Shown one piece after another: positions 46,761-56,288 of a stretch of DNA of 56,288 bases; position 1 is the stretch's first letter, and every line of letters starts with the position of its first letter. Both the position numbers and the translations under genes were made by a program. Source of the stretch: a bacterium (GTDB taxonomy: Bacteria > Chlamydiota > Chlamydiia > Chlamydiales > SM23-39). The notes under the pieces were generated by a model. It saw only the letters and a list, made by a program, of their open reading frames with translations. It had not been told where the DNA came from and did no database searches. The DNA is taken from positions 1-56,288 of the forward strand of contig JAJXYX010000043.1 in NCBI GenBank assembly GCA_021780355.1. The letters are read 5' to 3'.

Positions 46761-49549
46761 GATTCTAACAACTCATAGGCAAATTGGTGAAAGGTCTCAT
46801 CTGAATGCTTCATCTGTTCTCGCAGTTGCTGGCGCCAATTGGGCATTTGCAGCTGCGCTTTTAAGCGGGTTGCGACAATTTTGTCGAAAAGAGTCGGCGA
46901 CATCTCGAGCTTGCCGAGCAGTTCAGAGAGGGTTAAATTGGGAAAATCGCCTTGCCAGCGAAGGCACGCCGCCATTTTTTCCTCGATCGGCAAGTCATCG
47001 ACGAGAGGCGCAATGAGGCGGAAAATTCTTAAATCGCAAGTTTTTTCCAAGCTCTCTACGGCATGCGAGTGGATTTTTGCATTGCGGCTATGCAGCGCTC
47101 GAACAAGCAGCTCAGGATCTTCCAAAGAGCCCGCGGCTCCGAGCAGGTGGATGATGAAATCGATCACCGATTGATAGCCTGTAAGGAGCGCATTTTGCAA
47201 CATTTCTAAATCATAGAGAGGATATTGCTTTTGGATCGTATGGCCGAAATAAAAATAAAAATAGGCCCTTTCGATCTCGATATCGATGATATCGATCAAA
47301 TTAGCCTGCAGCTGAGGCAGAGCCAATCTTCCCAGGACTTTGCCCGCTTGGATCCGTGCGCGAACTGGCAGAGAGAGGTCTTTGGACATTGCAAGAAGAA
47401 GCGGCACTGTTTTGAGACCCATCTGGGTAATGATCTCTTCTGTGCGCCGGCGCTCGTTGGGGCGGAGATAGACGCTTGCGAGCAAGAGATCTTTCACCGT
47501 CGTGGAATCGCCGATTTTCCCTAAAGCGTCTAGGCAATGAAGACGAAACGTGTTGTCCCTTGCCGCTTCCAGCTCTTCGATGATTCTCGGTGCATGGCGG
47601 CTCATTTTCTTGTCGGATAGGCGAGAGATGCATCGGGCGGCAGCCCTTTTGACGAGGACCGATTCATGCGATAAAAAGGGGAGAGCTCTTTCAGCGGATT
47701 CTAAGGCTTGTTCTTCGCTTAAAATGTCGAGCCCCATACTGATCTCGTCGATTCTAGACGAGGTGAGCATCAAATCGAGTTTTTTGGTAGCGATCGTTCG
47801 ATTGAGAGCGGCGTAGTCAAGCGAGTGGTTTGCAAGTGATTTTTTGAGCGTAAGAATGGCTGCTCCTCGAAGGAAAAGATCGGGATGGTCGAGATCGTTT
47901 TCTACTTTATCCGGGTGCTGTAGTCCCTTTTTAGCTAAATAAAAATGGCCCCATTTCGACAGTTCGGAAGATTCGCTGTTGTCAATCCAGTGATCGACCA
48001 TTTCGATGACCCGGGCGTCATGGGTAAATGCGCTGCTTTCTAGCAGTTTGAGCAGATGAATTTTCGATAAAGTGCCTAGGCGCTTGCCTACTTGCAGGAT
48101 TTGAGGCAAGACTGAAGCGTCTTCCATTTGAAGCAGCGTCTCTATGGCCAAAAGCTGCGTCTCTTCGGAGCTAGAGCGAAGGGATTCTAAAATGTCTTTT
48201 TTAGTCTCTTTTTGGTCTCGGCGAGTCATCGAGCCGATCCACTGCTTGATCTTCCGTTCGAAATGGAGCGCGTTGTCTTTCAAATTCATGAAGATTGCTT
48301 TCGAATAAATGGCGCGGATTCCGAGAGACAAAATGAGGGTAAGTACAGTTAAGATGAGTCCGATCCAGCGGCTTTCTGATTGCGCGCAAAATAAAATCGC
48401 CGAGCTGATGAGCGTTCCAATTGGCTCGAAAAACGAATCGTTAATGATCCGCACCTTTGATTTGAGCTTTGCCGGCACGGCATTGGAGAGGAGATTGAAG
48501 CAGTTGTCTTCGATTGTAAACAAAATGCCGTCTACTGCAATGAGGCCTAAAATCGCCAGCATCATCGAGTCTCTAACCACCCATCCGGCATAGACCAAAA
48601 GGAAAAATAGAGGCGTGATCAAAACGACGTTATGAAGGCCGAGGCGGCGGACGAATCGGCTGTAGAAAAAGGTGCCAATAAAAATATTGCAAGCGGAAAT
48701 CCACGCTCTGCACTTACCGATGAATTCCGCAATTTCTCCCTCCTCGGCCTCGATAAGATCAGCGGAAACGTTAAAAAACCGGCCAAAAGCGTCCATGTAG
48801 TTGAATTCAGTGACCGTGATGAGAAGCTGCGTTACGAGACTGAGAGAAAGAAGGATCAAGGCGAATTTTGAGCGGACGATCAGGTTGACCACAGAAGAAA
48901 AAGTGTCCCGGCTGCCGGTAAAAATGCCTTCAATCGTATCGTCATGGACCGCTTTAGCTCTTAAAGCAATGCTTCTCGCTTCAAAAAAAGCGCAGGAAAT
49001 GGAGCAAGCCGATGCGATTAAAATCCCAGAAAAGCTGATTTTATCAAGGAATAAATTGATGGCCGTGCCAGAAATAATGCTTCCGAGGAAGTAGGCGGCG
49101 CTATAGAGAGAATACACCCTTTTTGCGTCTTGAAGATCGTGGTATTGATCTGTAAACGTCCAAGACGTTGCGATCATGACCGCAAAGAACATTTTTGAGG
49201 CGATTTTAAAAAAGTACCAAAACCACTCAGGAGGCGAACCTGTGATCATAAACGAGGCGAAAAGAGCCAGCGAGATCCCGGCCACCATGGCCGAGGTGAA
49301 AATCCGATAAGGGCTGGTGAGCCTTAAACTATAGAGAACAAGGCTAGACACCCCGATCATGCCAAGGGCGATCGACAGGTAAACCGAGGGCAAAGAGTCG
49401 GCGCCCACGTGAGTAAGAAATAAACCATCCGATAGGGTTTCCATACAGCAGCTTCCGAACGCCCAAAGGAGCGCCAAGCGGACGAATCGGATAGAGTGGG
49501 CCCCTTCTCCTTGATAGATCCCAAAAGCTTTTCGAAATAGGTTTTGCAT
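46757..49549 (-). CDS. NTT/MFS-like membrane domain fused to HEAT/ARM repeats
   Basis: About 410 aa of multi-TM N-terminus (FW/SW..D.....AKR.Y), followed by helical repeats such as LDALGKIGD and HAVESLE. Confidence 0.8.
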   Translation of the reverse strand: MQNLFRKAFGIYQGEGAHSIRFVRLALLWAFGSCCMETLSDGLFLTHVGADSLPSVYLSIALGMIGVSSLVLYSLRLTSPYRIFTSAMVAGISLALFASFMITGSPPEWFWYFFKIASKMFFAVMIATSWTFTDQYHDLQDAKRVYSLYSAAYFLGSIISGTAINLFLDKISFSGILIASACSISCAFFEARSIALRAKAVHDDTIEGIFTGSRDTFSSVVNLIVRSKFALILLSLSLVTQLLITVTEFNYMDAFGRFFNVSADLIEAEEGEIAEFIGKCRAWISACNIFIGTFFYSRFVRRLGLHNVVLITPLFFLLVYAGWVVRDSMMLAILGLIAVDGILFTIEDNCFNLLSNAVPAKLKSKVRIINDSFFEPIGTLISSAILFCAQSESRWIGLILTVLTLILSLGIRAIYSKAIFMNLKDNALHFERKIKQWIGSMTRRDQKETKKDILESLRSSSEETQLLAIETLLQMEDASVLPQILQVGKRLGTLSKIHLLKLLESSAFTHDARVIEMVDHWIDNSESSELSKWGHFYLAKKGLQHPDKVENDLDHPDLFLRGAAILTLKKSLANHSLDYAALNRTIATKKLDLMLTSSRIDEISMGLDILSEEQALESAERALPFLSHESVLVKRAAARCISRLSDKKMSRHAPRIIEELEAARDNTFRLHCLDALGKIGDSTTVKDLLLASVYLRPNERRRTEEIITQMGLKTVPLLLAMSKDLSLPVRARIQAGKVLGRLALPQLQANLIDIIDIEIERAYFYFYFGHTIQKQYPLYDLEMLQNALLTGYQSVIDFIIHLLGAAGSLEDPELLVRALHSRNAKIHSHAVESLEKTCDLRIFRLIAPLVDDLPIEEKMAACLRWQGDFPNLTLSELLGKLEMSPTLFDKIVATRLKAQLQMPNWRQQLREQMKHSDETFHQFAYELLES

Positions 49550-49680
49550 GTTTGTGGATTAGCCTATTGTTCCTTGGTAAATAAAAATTTAGCGATCCTA
49601 ATGTTCACAACATTTTACATGACTTGTGGATTTATCCCCAAGATGGATATGCCTGGCGGAAAAATAAGGATTCATTCAAG

Positions 49681-50511
49681 ATGAAAATTATGAAAATGCA
49701 AGAGCACCGCGTAGGATTTATCGGCTTTGGGCACATGGCTCAAATTTTATTTACTTCGATGCACTCAGCCCGTTTAATCCCTTTGTCTCAAGTCCAATTC
49801 GTTCAGCGCGACCGAGATAGGATGAAGCTGAATGAACAAAAGTACGGCATTACGGCCACTTCGATCGAACATGCTGTTGTCACATCCGATGTTTTACTCC
49901 TTTGCGTCCGGCCTGGGCAAATAGAGCCCGTTTTGCAGGAGATGGCCCGTTTTGGCGCCGGCTCTAAGCAAATTATCTCGATTTTATCGGGCATTCCGAT
50001 CTCTTTTTTTCAACAAATGCTCGGAGAAAAGGTGCAAGTAGTTAGATTGATGCCCAATGTGGCCTCCGCGATTGGCCAAGGGATGACGACTTTGAGTTTT
50101 TCTCCCCACGCCCGAGTGGAGTTTCGATCTTTTGTGGAGCTTTTTTCGGCTCCTTTGGGTAAGTATTTAGAAATCTCCGAGTCCCACATGGATCTGGCCA
50201 CGGCAGTAGCCGGCAGCGGTCCAGGATTTGTCTTTACCCTGATCCAGGCGATGGCCGACGCTGCTGAAAACGGGGGGCTCTCTCGAGAGCGCGCCCTTTT
50301 GATGGCCTCGCAAACGTTCATGGGCGCTGCCGGCCTAGTGGCTAAAGAGAAAGACATAGCCTCTCTTCTCAACCAAATCACCACGCCAGGCGGTACGACG
50401 GAAGCAGGATTGAACATCATGCGCCAAACAGAGATGGCCAAGCATTTTCAAGAGACGATTCGCGCGTCGGCTTCAAAGGCCAAACAGATGGCTCAGCAAA
50501 GCAGCCGTTAA
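49681..50511 (+). CDS. proC: Pyrroline-5-carboxylate reductase
   Basis: GFIGFGHMA, VRLMPN, AGSGPG and TTPGGTT; start uncertain (49681-49696). Confidence 0.93.
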   Translation: MKIMKMQEHRVGFIGFGHMAQILFTSMHSARLIPLSQVQFVQRDRDRMKLNEQKYGITATSIEHAVVTSDVLLLCVRPGQIEPVLQEMARFGAGSKQIISILSGIPISFFQQMLGEKVQVVRLMPNVASAIGQGMTTLSFSPHARVEFRSFVELFSAPLGKYLEISESHMDLATAVAGSGPGFVFTLIQAMADAAENGGLSRERALLMASQTFMGAAGLVAKEKDIASLLNQITTPGGTTEAGLNIMRQTEMAKHFQETIRASASKAKQMAQQSSR

Positions 50512-50588
50512 TTTTCCCAAAAAAAAATCTCCGCAAAAAATCGAAAACCAGAGATGATGATAGCCAATTTTTTTAGCATTGGGTACCC

Positions 50589-51539
50589 ATGGAAACGAGG
50601 AAATTGATCATTATCGGATCCGGTCCGGCCGGATTTACCGCTGCGATTTATGCCGCGCGCGCAAACTTACAACCCGTCTTATTTGAAGGTTTTATGAGCG
50701 GCCCTTCAGGAGGGCAGCTGATGACTACGACGGAAGTAGAAAATTATCCAGGTTTTCCCAAAGGGGTTTCAGGTCCCGACTTGATGGCCGATTTTCGCGC
50801 TCAGGCTGAGAGGTTCGGTACGCTTATCCTTACTGAAGATGTCGAATCTGTCGACTTGTCCCAAAGACCCTTTTTGGTCAAAGGCTCTTCTACCCAAATG
50901 AGGGCGGAGGCTTTGATCATTTCTACAGGAGCTACGGCCAAGCGCCTCGAGATTGAAGGGGCTGGCGACGGGGAATTTTGGCAAAAAGGGGTGACGGCCT
51001 GCGCGGTATGCGATGGAGCGGCTCCTATTTTTAGAAACCGCCCCCTCTTTGTGATCGGCGGCGGAGATAGCGCAGTTGAAGAAGCAATATTTTTAACGAA
51101 ATACGGCAGCAGAGTCTATATCGTCCATCGGCGCGATCAGCTCAGAGCTTCTAAAATTATGGCTGAAAGAGCGTTAAAACATCCTAAAATCGAAATGCTC
51201 TGGAATAGCGCCATTGAAAAAATTTTAGGGGATCAGGTAGTCAGAAGAGTAGTGGTCAAAAATGTCGTTACCGGCTCTTTGGAGGAGCTCGACGCAGGCG
51301 GCGTCTTTTTTGCTATTGGACATCAGCCTAACACCGGATTTTTGCGGGGGCAGTTGGAGACGAATCAAACGGGGTACCTTGTTGTGACCCCTGGGACCAC
51401 ATATACTTCGAAAGAAGGTGTTTTTGCCGCAGGAGACGTCCAAGATCCGACGTATCGGCAGGCGATCACGGCCGCGGGCAGCGGCTGTATGGCGGCCCTC
51501 GATGCGGAAAGGTGGCTTACCAACATGGGAATTGAGTGA
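50589..51539 (+). CDS. trxB: Thioredoxin reductase
   Basis: GSGPAG, CAVCDG, GGGDSA and FAAGDV. Confidence 0.97.
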   Translation: METRKLIIIGSGPAGFTAAIYAARANLQPVLFEGFMSGPSGGQLMTTTEVENYPGFPKGVSGPDLMADFRAQAERFGTLILTEDVESVDLSQRPFLVKGSSTQMRAEALIISTGATAKRLEIEGAGDGEFWQKGVTACAVCDGAAPIFRNRPLFVIGGGDSAVEEAIFLTKYGSRVYIVHRRDQLRASKIMAERALKHPKIEMLWNSAIEKILGDQVVRRVVVKNVVTGSLEELDAGGVFFAIGHQPNTGFLRGQLETNQTGYLVVTPGTTYTSKEGVFAAGDVQDPTYRQAITAAGSGCMAALDAERWLTNMGIE

Positions 51540-52354
51540 GATTGTTTCGTTTAAGCTGGCTTTTTTTTGCTCTGCTTCCTGTAGCAGTTCGGGCTCTTGA
51601 AGTGCAGCCTTGGTTTGGCGACGTCTATGAATTTCATTTTCTTGGAACCTACGCGTATAGCTTTTTTGATCGAGTTCAAAATGGAACTCCCCAATTGACA
51701 TCGACCTTTTATTCCCGAGTCGGTTATATGGGGCTTGATTTTTCCCCCTCTCCCGAGTGGAGCGTTGACGGGGATTTACAGATTGCCGATACGACGCAAG
51801 AGTCGTTTAATTTCCGCTCAGCCGCTTTGCAAGGCCGCTATTTGTGGTATGATGATATTGTCGGCGATTCGGTCAGTTTTGCAACAGGCGTGAGCGCCCG
51901 TTTTACCAACTCGGCTTCGCTCCATGACGTAAGCTGCCCATTTCATTCGCATCTCGATCTTGAAGCGAACTTTTCTTTGGGTAAGGAATTAGATGCTTCG
52001 GATACATGGCGTTTTCGTATGTGGGGGTTTGGCGCTGTAGGCCATGGCATCGTGGGATCTCCTTGGGTTCGGGCGATTGCCGCATTTGAGTGCAATGTGG
52101 ATGATCAGCATAAATTCGCTGTCTACGCCGAAGGGATGAACGGCTATGGCAGGCACACCCATGTCCCCGTCGATCATTTCAACGGATATGGAAAAATCCG
52201 CCAAAAATCGATCGATATTGGATTCCGTTACGGCTATCGTTTAGACGTGTGGGGCACTTTGCGCGCCGAATACGTAAGACGCGTACTGGCCAAGTCATGC
52301 CCTCAAGTCGTCAACACATTTGTCGTCAGCTATCTTTTGCCTTTTTCATTTTAA
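51536..52354 (+). CDS. Putative outer-membrane beta-barrel protein
   Basis: Signal peptide, alternating aromatic-rich strands and C-terminal Phe; overlaps the trxB stop. Confidence 0.6.
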   Translation: MRLFRLSWLFFALLPVAVRALEVQPWFGDVYEFHFLGTYAYSFFDRVQNGTPQLTSTFYSRVGYMGLDFSPSPEWSVDGDLQIADTTQESFNFRSAALQGRYLWYDDIVGDSVSFATGVSARFTNSASLHDVSCPFHSHLDLEANFSLGKELDASDTWRFRMWGFGAVGHGIVGSPWVRAIAAFECNVDDQHKFAVYAEGMNGYGRHTHVPVDHFNGYGKIRQKSIDIGFRYGYRLDVWGTLRAEYVRRVLAKSCPQVVNTFVVSYLLPFSF

Positions 52355-52368
52355 ATTCAGGCTTCGTC

Positions 52369-53252
52369 TTAATTCTTTGGAATAGGAATCGAATACCTGG
52401 CTCCACTGAAAGGAGAAGTGCAGCGAAAATATTTCCCATCATTTTCAAAGATCTCTTTACGGGTTGGCTCAGGGGCTTGTAATGTTGGGGCTTTAAAAGT
52501 AGGAATCAGGCATGTTTTCTTGTGGATAGGAGAAGTGTATTCATGAAATAAAAAACTTTTAATTTCCTCTTCTTTCTCGTGTATTTGAATGGCTGGTGTG
52601 TCATTCAGCATGTCTGCCATTTTATCGATGAATGTATTTGCTCTTTCGATAGGAATGTCTTTTAAATGTTTTAATATAAAAAATTTTGTTTCTATCGATG
52701 TTTGGGAAAGTTTTGTAGAGCTAATTTTCTTGATAAGTTTGAATAAAGGCAGTAAGTTGCCTACCTCTCTGATGTCAAAAATTTGCGGCACATTCGAGAC
52801 TATGGAGATAGCTTCATTTCGCTCTTCAAAAGAAAGTTCTCGAATTGCATTTAATATGGTTAGCCTTTTTGGTACATTTGTTCGCCGATGAATAAAAGGC
52901 TTTAATTGCTTTATAAGGTCTTTCGGTTATTCATCTGGAATAGAATTAATCGCTTCTGAAGCAATTATTTTGTGTTGATCTGCTAATGGACTGTCCGTGT
53001 TATTATGCATCAAAATCTCAAGGAGTTCTTCACGCTCCTGTAATTTATTCAAGTAATGGCAATATCTCGAAGTAAGAATTGCGCTACCGGCGAAAATCCC
53101 TCCAAGTAAAACATATTGTGAGTAAGATAGTTGAGACAATGTTGTCATGGCCGTTGAAGCGATAGAGGAGATCGATGGAGAGAATTCTTCTAATGTAGTT
53201 GGTATATTTCCAGATAAATTATTAAAAAACAAACTTACAAACTGCCGCTCAT
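52369..53252 (-). pseudogene. Disrupted low-GC hypothetical gene
   Basis: AGGAG plus ATG 53252 is one base out of frame with ORF 53232-52927. That ORF and ORF 52791-52369 share a frame separated only by TAA at 52927-52929. Confidence 0.65.
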
Positions 53253-53389
53253 AAATAACTCCTGTTTAATTTATTGTTGTTGATTTTATCGATCAATATT
53301 ATGAAATAAAACTGGAATAAAGTGTGTAATAAAGTTTGTTTTTTATTGAGTTTCTTTCGAAATCTATAGAGTTTTTCAACCTGAAGGGC

Positions 53390-53421
53390 TATATAACTCA
53401 ACTTGTAAGTTGAGTTATATA
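53390..53421. repeat. 32 bp AT-rich palindrome downstream of tpx
   Basis: TATATAACTCAACTT-GT-AAGTTGAGTTATATA. Confidence 0.8.
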
Positions 53422-53450
53422 AACTTTAATTGATGATATGCCCTAGATTG

Positions 53451-53957
53451 TTACTTTGCGTGAAGGATTTCGAATGCTTTATGGTAATTAGGTTCTTGAG
53501 TGATTTCAGTGACGAGCTCTGTATAGAGGACGTGGTTTTTTTCATCTAAGACAAGAACGGAACGGGCTAAAAGGCCGGCAAGCGGGCCATCTTTGATTAA
53601 AAGGCCATAAGATTCTCCAAAATCTTTATTCCGCATAAGCGATAATGTGAGTACGTTATGAACGCCTTCAGCTTCGCAAAATCTCTTCTGCGCAAAAGGC
53701 AGATCGCAAGAGACTGTGAGAATGACAACATCCGGATGTTTTTTTGCAAATTCATTAAAGTGTTTTGTCATGAGGCTGCAAACGCCAGTATCAAGACTTG
53801 GCACCGTAGCTAGAATTTTCCGCTTCCCATCAAATTCATCGAGCGAGCGGTCTTGCAGCTCTTTGTCGACCAACTTAAAGTTGGGCGCTCTTGTTTGCAG
53901 AGCGGGCAAATGGCCATTTGTGTGAATCGGTTTATTTTTGAAAGTAATCTGTGCCAT
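53451..53957 (-). CDS. tpx: Thiol peroxidase (atypical 2-Cys peroxiredoxin)
   Basis: PSLDTGVC, DLPFAQKRFC and GPLAGLLARSV. Confidence 0.96.
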   Translation of the reverse strand: MAQITFKNKPIHTNGHLPALQTRAPNFKLVDKELQDRSLDEFDGKRKILATVPSLDTGVCSLMTKHFNEFAKKHPDVVILTVSCDLPFAQKRFCEAEGVHNVLTLSLMRNKDFGESYGLLIKDGPLAGLLARSVLVLDEKNHVLYTELVTEITQEPNYHKAFEILHAK

Positions 53958-54107
53958 GACATCTCCTATTGCAAAGGAGCATTAAACTTGATAAGGATTT
54001 TTTAAGCAAGAAAATGGGCAGATCCACTTGTAAAAGAGATTTTCTTGACCTATTTTTCACAGATTCGATAAGATCCTTGGTCAAAAAAAATGATGTAGAG
54101 TTGTGAT

Positions 54108-55676
54108 ATGAAAGATGTAGGATCGGTAGTCTCTTTAGGCGGCTCCAGTAGTTTGCTGCAGCAAAAATCAGCTCTTTCGTTATGTGATCAAGCTAAACAA
54201 ATGTATGAACGTGCTGCCGCTTTGCGAGCTGTGTACCAAGCTGTGTCAAAACAGCCTGCTCGCGCTGGCTGCGCAGCTGTGTGTATGAGTGTCGGGCTTT
54301 GCGAGCTTTTATCTGGCAATTTGATTTCGGGAACGATTACGACAGGCGCTGCCGCTTTGGAAATTTCTCATCTTTTCAGAGGGGGCGTCTCTTCTGATCT
54401 CCAGCGCGCTTTTGATGACCTTGACGCTGATGTAGGGATGGTTCAAGAGCTCCAAGAAGCCAACGCTGTTTCTTATCGAACGATTGAGCAGCAACTAATC
54501 GTTGCCTCTGAAGGAGTCAAAGGATTGCAGGAAGAACTGGCCTCTGTCGAGGCTTTGCATGGAAAAGGACTTTCAGGCTTTGAAGAGAAGCGCCAAGAGG
54601 CGGCGTCGCTCAATCAACAAGCATCTGCCGCTTATGCAAGTGCAACCTCGTTGTTTTTGAGCGCTCAAGAAAAAATGGGAGCTTCTCAAAAAAGTTATCA
54701 ATCGTGCAAGCAGGCTTTTGAGGACATTCAGCACATGCTGGCAGATTCTGATGAAAGAGGAGAAATTCAAAGTTCTACCGAGTTATTAGCGAAAGCTGCA
54801 AAGCAGGCGTCTCTTTCTTGCGATGAAGGGAAAAATCTTCTCGATGAGTCCAATATTCTCATGCAACAGGCCTTTGAGCAGCTCCAAAAGGCTCATGATT
54901 TAAAAAATCAGGCTAACCGCGCAGCTGATCGTCTTTTGCAAGAAGCTGAAGATTCTCTTCGCCGCATAGTTGAAAAAAGCGCTCTCATCGAAACTTGCGA
55001 TAAAGCAGTGAACGCTGCTCAGCAGGAACTCAAAAAAGTGCAAAAACGACATGATCAAATTATGCGGCTGATCGAAGCTTTAAAAAAAGATATTCGCACA
55101 GCGCGCGAGCTGGCAGAGAGCCGATGGACGACATCGGAGCTTGTAGCCGGTATGGGGACGGCTGTTTGCCTGGCTTCGACAAGTCCTTTTTCTGCCATTG
55201 TAGTTGGCGGAGCGGCAGCTTACGCTCTTCGCCATCGAGCCGATCTTTTTTCTGGAGCATCCAAGATCTACCGATGGGCAGTCGGCGCCATTGAACCCCC
55301 GAAAAAATCGATGGAAGAGTCTGAATGCCTTCGTATGGAATTTAGCGCGACATCTAGCGGCTATTGGGGGTATTTTATCGAAAAGCGTCCTTCCAGCACA
55401 GTAGGAACTGTCGATATCCACCTTGGAAAAGGGGAGATTCATTCTCTTTCTTTCGACCTGCGCAACGACGATAAAATCGCCAAATTAGATGTGCTTGAGC
55501 TTTTGCAATTAATGACTGAACGGATCATGAAAGGAAAATTAACCCCTAAACGCTGTCTCGCCATTTTAGATCAGCTAACTTCTCCAGAGAAAAAGCTTGT
55601 GCAAGAGCGCTCCGAGCTAAATAGCATTATCGATCTTTTACGAGAAAGGTGTGTTAGTTTGAAGGCGGCTTCTTGA
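54108..55676 (+). CDS. Hypothetical coiled-coil protein with two hydrophobic segments
   Basis: 522 aa; hydrophobic stretches near residues 53-90 and 345-375 flank a long heptad-rich region. Confidence 0.75.
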   Translation: MKDVGSVVSLGGSSSLLQQKSALSLCDQAKQMYERAAALRAVYQAVSKQPARAGCAAVCMSVGLCELLSGNLISGTITTGAAALEISHLFRGGVSSDLQRAFDDLDADVGMVQELQEANAVSYRTIEQQLIVASEGVKGLQEELASVEALHGKGLSGFEEKRQEAASLNQQASAAYASATSLFLSAQEKMGASQKSYQSCKQAFEDIQHMLADSDERGEIQSSTELLAKAAKQASLSCDEGKNLLDESNILMQQAFEQLQKAHDLKNQANRAADRLLQEAEDSLRRIVEKSALIETCDKAVNAAQQELKKVQKRHDQIMRLIEALKKDIRTARELAESRWTTSELVAGMGTAVCLASTSPFSAIVVGGAAAYALRHRADLFSGASKIYRWAVGAIEPPKKSMEESECLRMEFSATSSGYWGYFIEKRPSSTVGTVDIHLGKGEIHSLSFDLRNDDKIAKLDVLELLQLMTERIMKGKLTPKRCLAILDQLTSPEKKLVQERSELNSIIDLLRERCVSLKAAS

Positions 55677-55872
55677 TAGATTTTTATGAGCATCTTTACT
55701 CTAACTAATCTTTTAAGAAATTTCATTTTTCTCGTCCCTTTGAACCCTAGGTAGCATTTAGAAATATTTGAACGCCTTCGGAAAAATCAGAGCTTTTATA
55801 ATCCCAATCAGGACCAATAGATGGGGGGGATTAAGACATGTGTATAAAATTTCTTAAGATTTGTCTTAGTTT

Positions 55873-56160
55873 TTACTCAGGATCACAAAATTTTTCCCAT
55901 ACTACAAATCCTTCCATATCGTATGCACCGATTACAATTAGAGTTGCCTTTAAGGCAATGTTTTGTAACTGTTCGAGGGTCATATTTTGTTCGATGTTAA
56001 GATCTGACTCTGAAATAATATTCATGTAATACCATTGAGCATCAGCATGTTGAATGATTTTTTTTGCAATTTCTTGAGAGAATTCATCTTCCTTGAGACA
56101 TAAATAAACTTCCTTATGGAAGTAGAGAATGTGTTTTTCTATCTCAGATACAACTGGATC
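55873..56160 (-). pseudogene. Gene fragment without a start (95 aa)
   Basis: Open frame DPVVSEIEKH...LIVIGAYDMEGFVVWEKFCDPE, preceded by in-frame TGA and TAG. Confidence 0.5.
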
Positions 56161-56240
56161 TCAGGGCGATTTAACTAAAATTTTTTGATAGAAGATGTGC
56201 TAATATGGCATAGTAAGTTCCTCAAATTGAGGAGGATCCT

Positions 56241-56288
56241 ATGTCAAGACGCAAGCCGATTGATGCCAAAATTTTAGAAGCTGGCAAA
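56241..56288 (+). CDS. 5' end of a gene running off the window (possibly a transposase)
   Basis: GAGGAGG RBS then MSRRKPIDAKILEAGK; only 16 codons are visible. Confidence 0.45.
   Translation, partial: MSRRKPIDAKILEAGK

Overview
Chromosomal segment of an environmental member of the Chlamydiota. The taxonomy is inferred from the chlamydial-type tmRNA and the lpxD-skp-bamA-recR / fabH-fabD-fabG-acpP / cNMP-NTT-HEAT gene order. The left ~9.3 kb is accessory. It holds the end of an IS630 element inserted at a TA in a GyrI-like gene, a SnoaL/S66 detox cassette, and a ~7.2 kb satellite-like integrative element next to the 3' end of tmRNA (tyrosine integrase, Xis-like protein, helicase-like ATPase, iteron-like origin, HGGxSTG gene pair, MBL cargo). 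The rest is mostly housekeeping (ileS, hflX, radC, pdhA/B/C, rpiA, pepF, groESL, speE, corA, lpxD, skp, bamA, recR, fab genes, proC, trxB, tpx), plus a toxin-first AbiE-type pair and an NTT-HEAT/cNMP/HAMP-pseudophosphatase operon. Two intergenic repeat families stand out. One is three ~165 bp palindromic MITEs whose ends match the IS630 end in this window. The other is nine ~50 bp double-hairpin units with C-GN(N)A-G loops; next to most of them is an oriented G/C strand skew that appears to fade with distance, and this is the most unusual signal found. All calls are by eye from motifs, with no database searches; base counts are manual spot checks.
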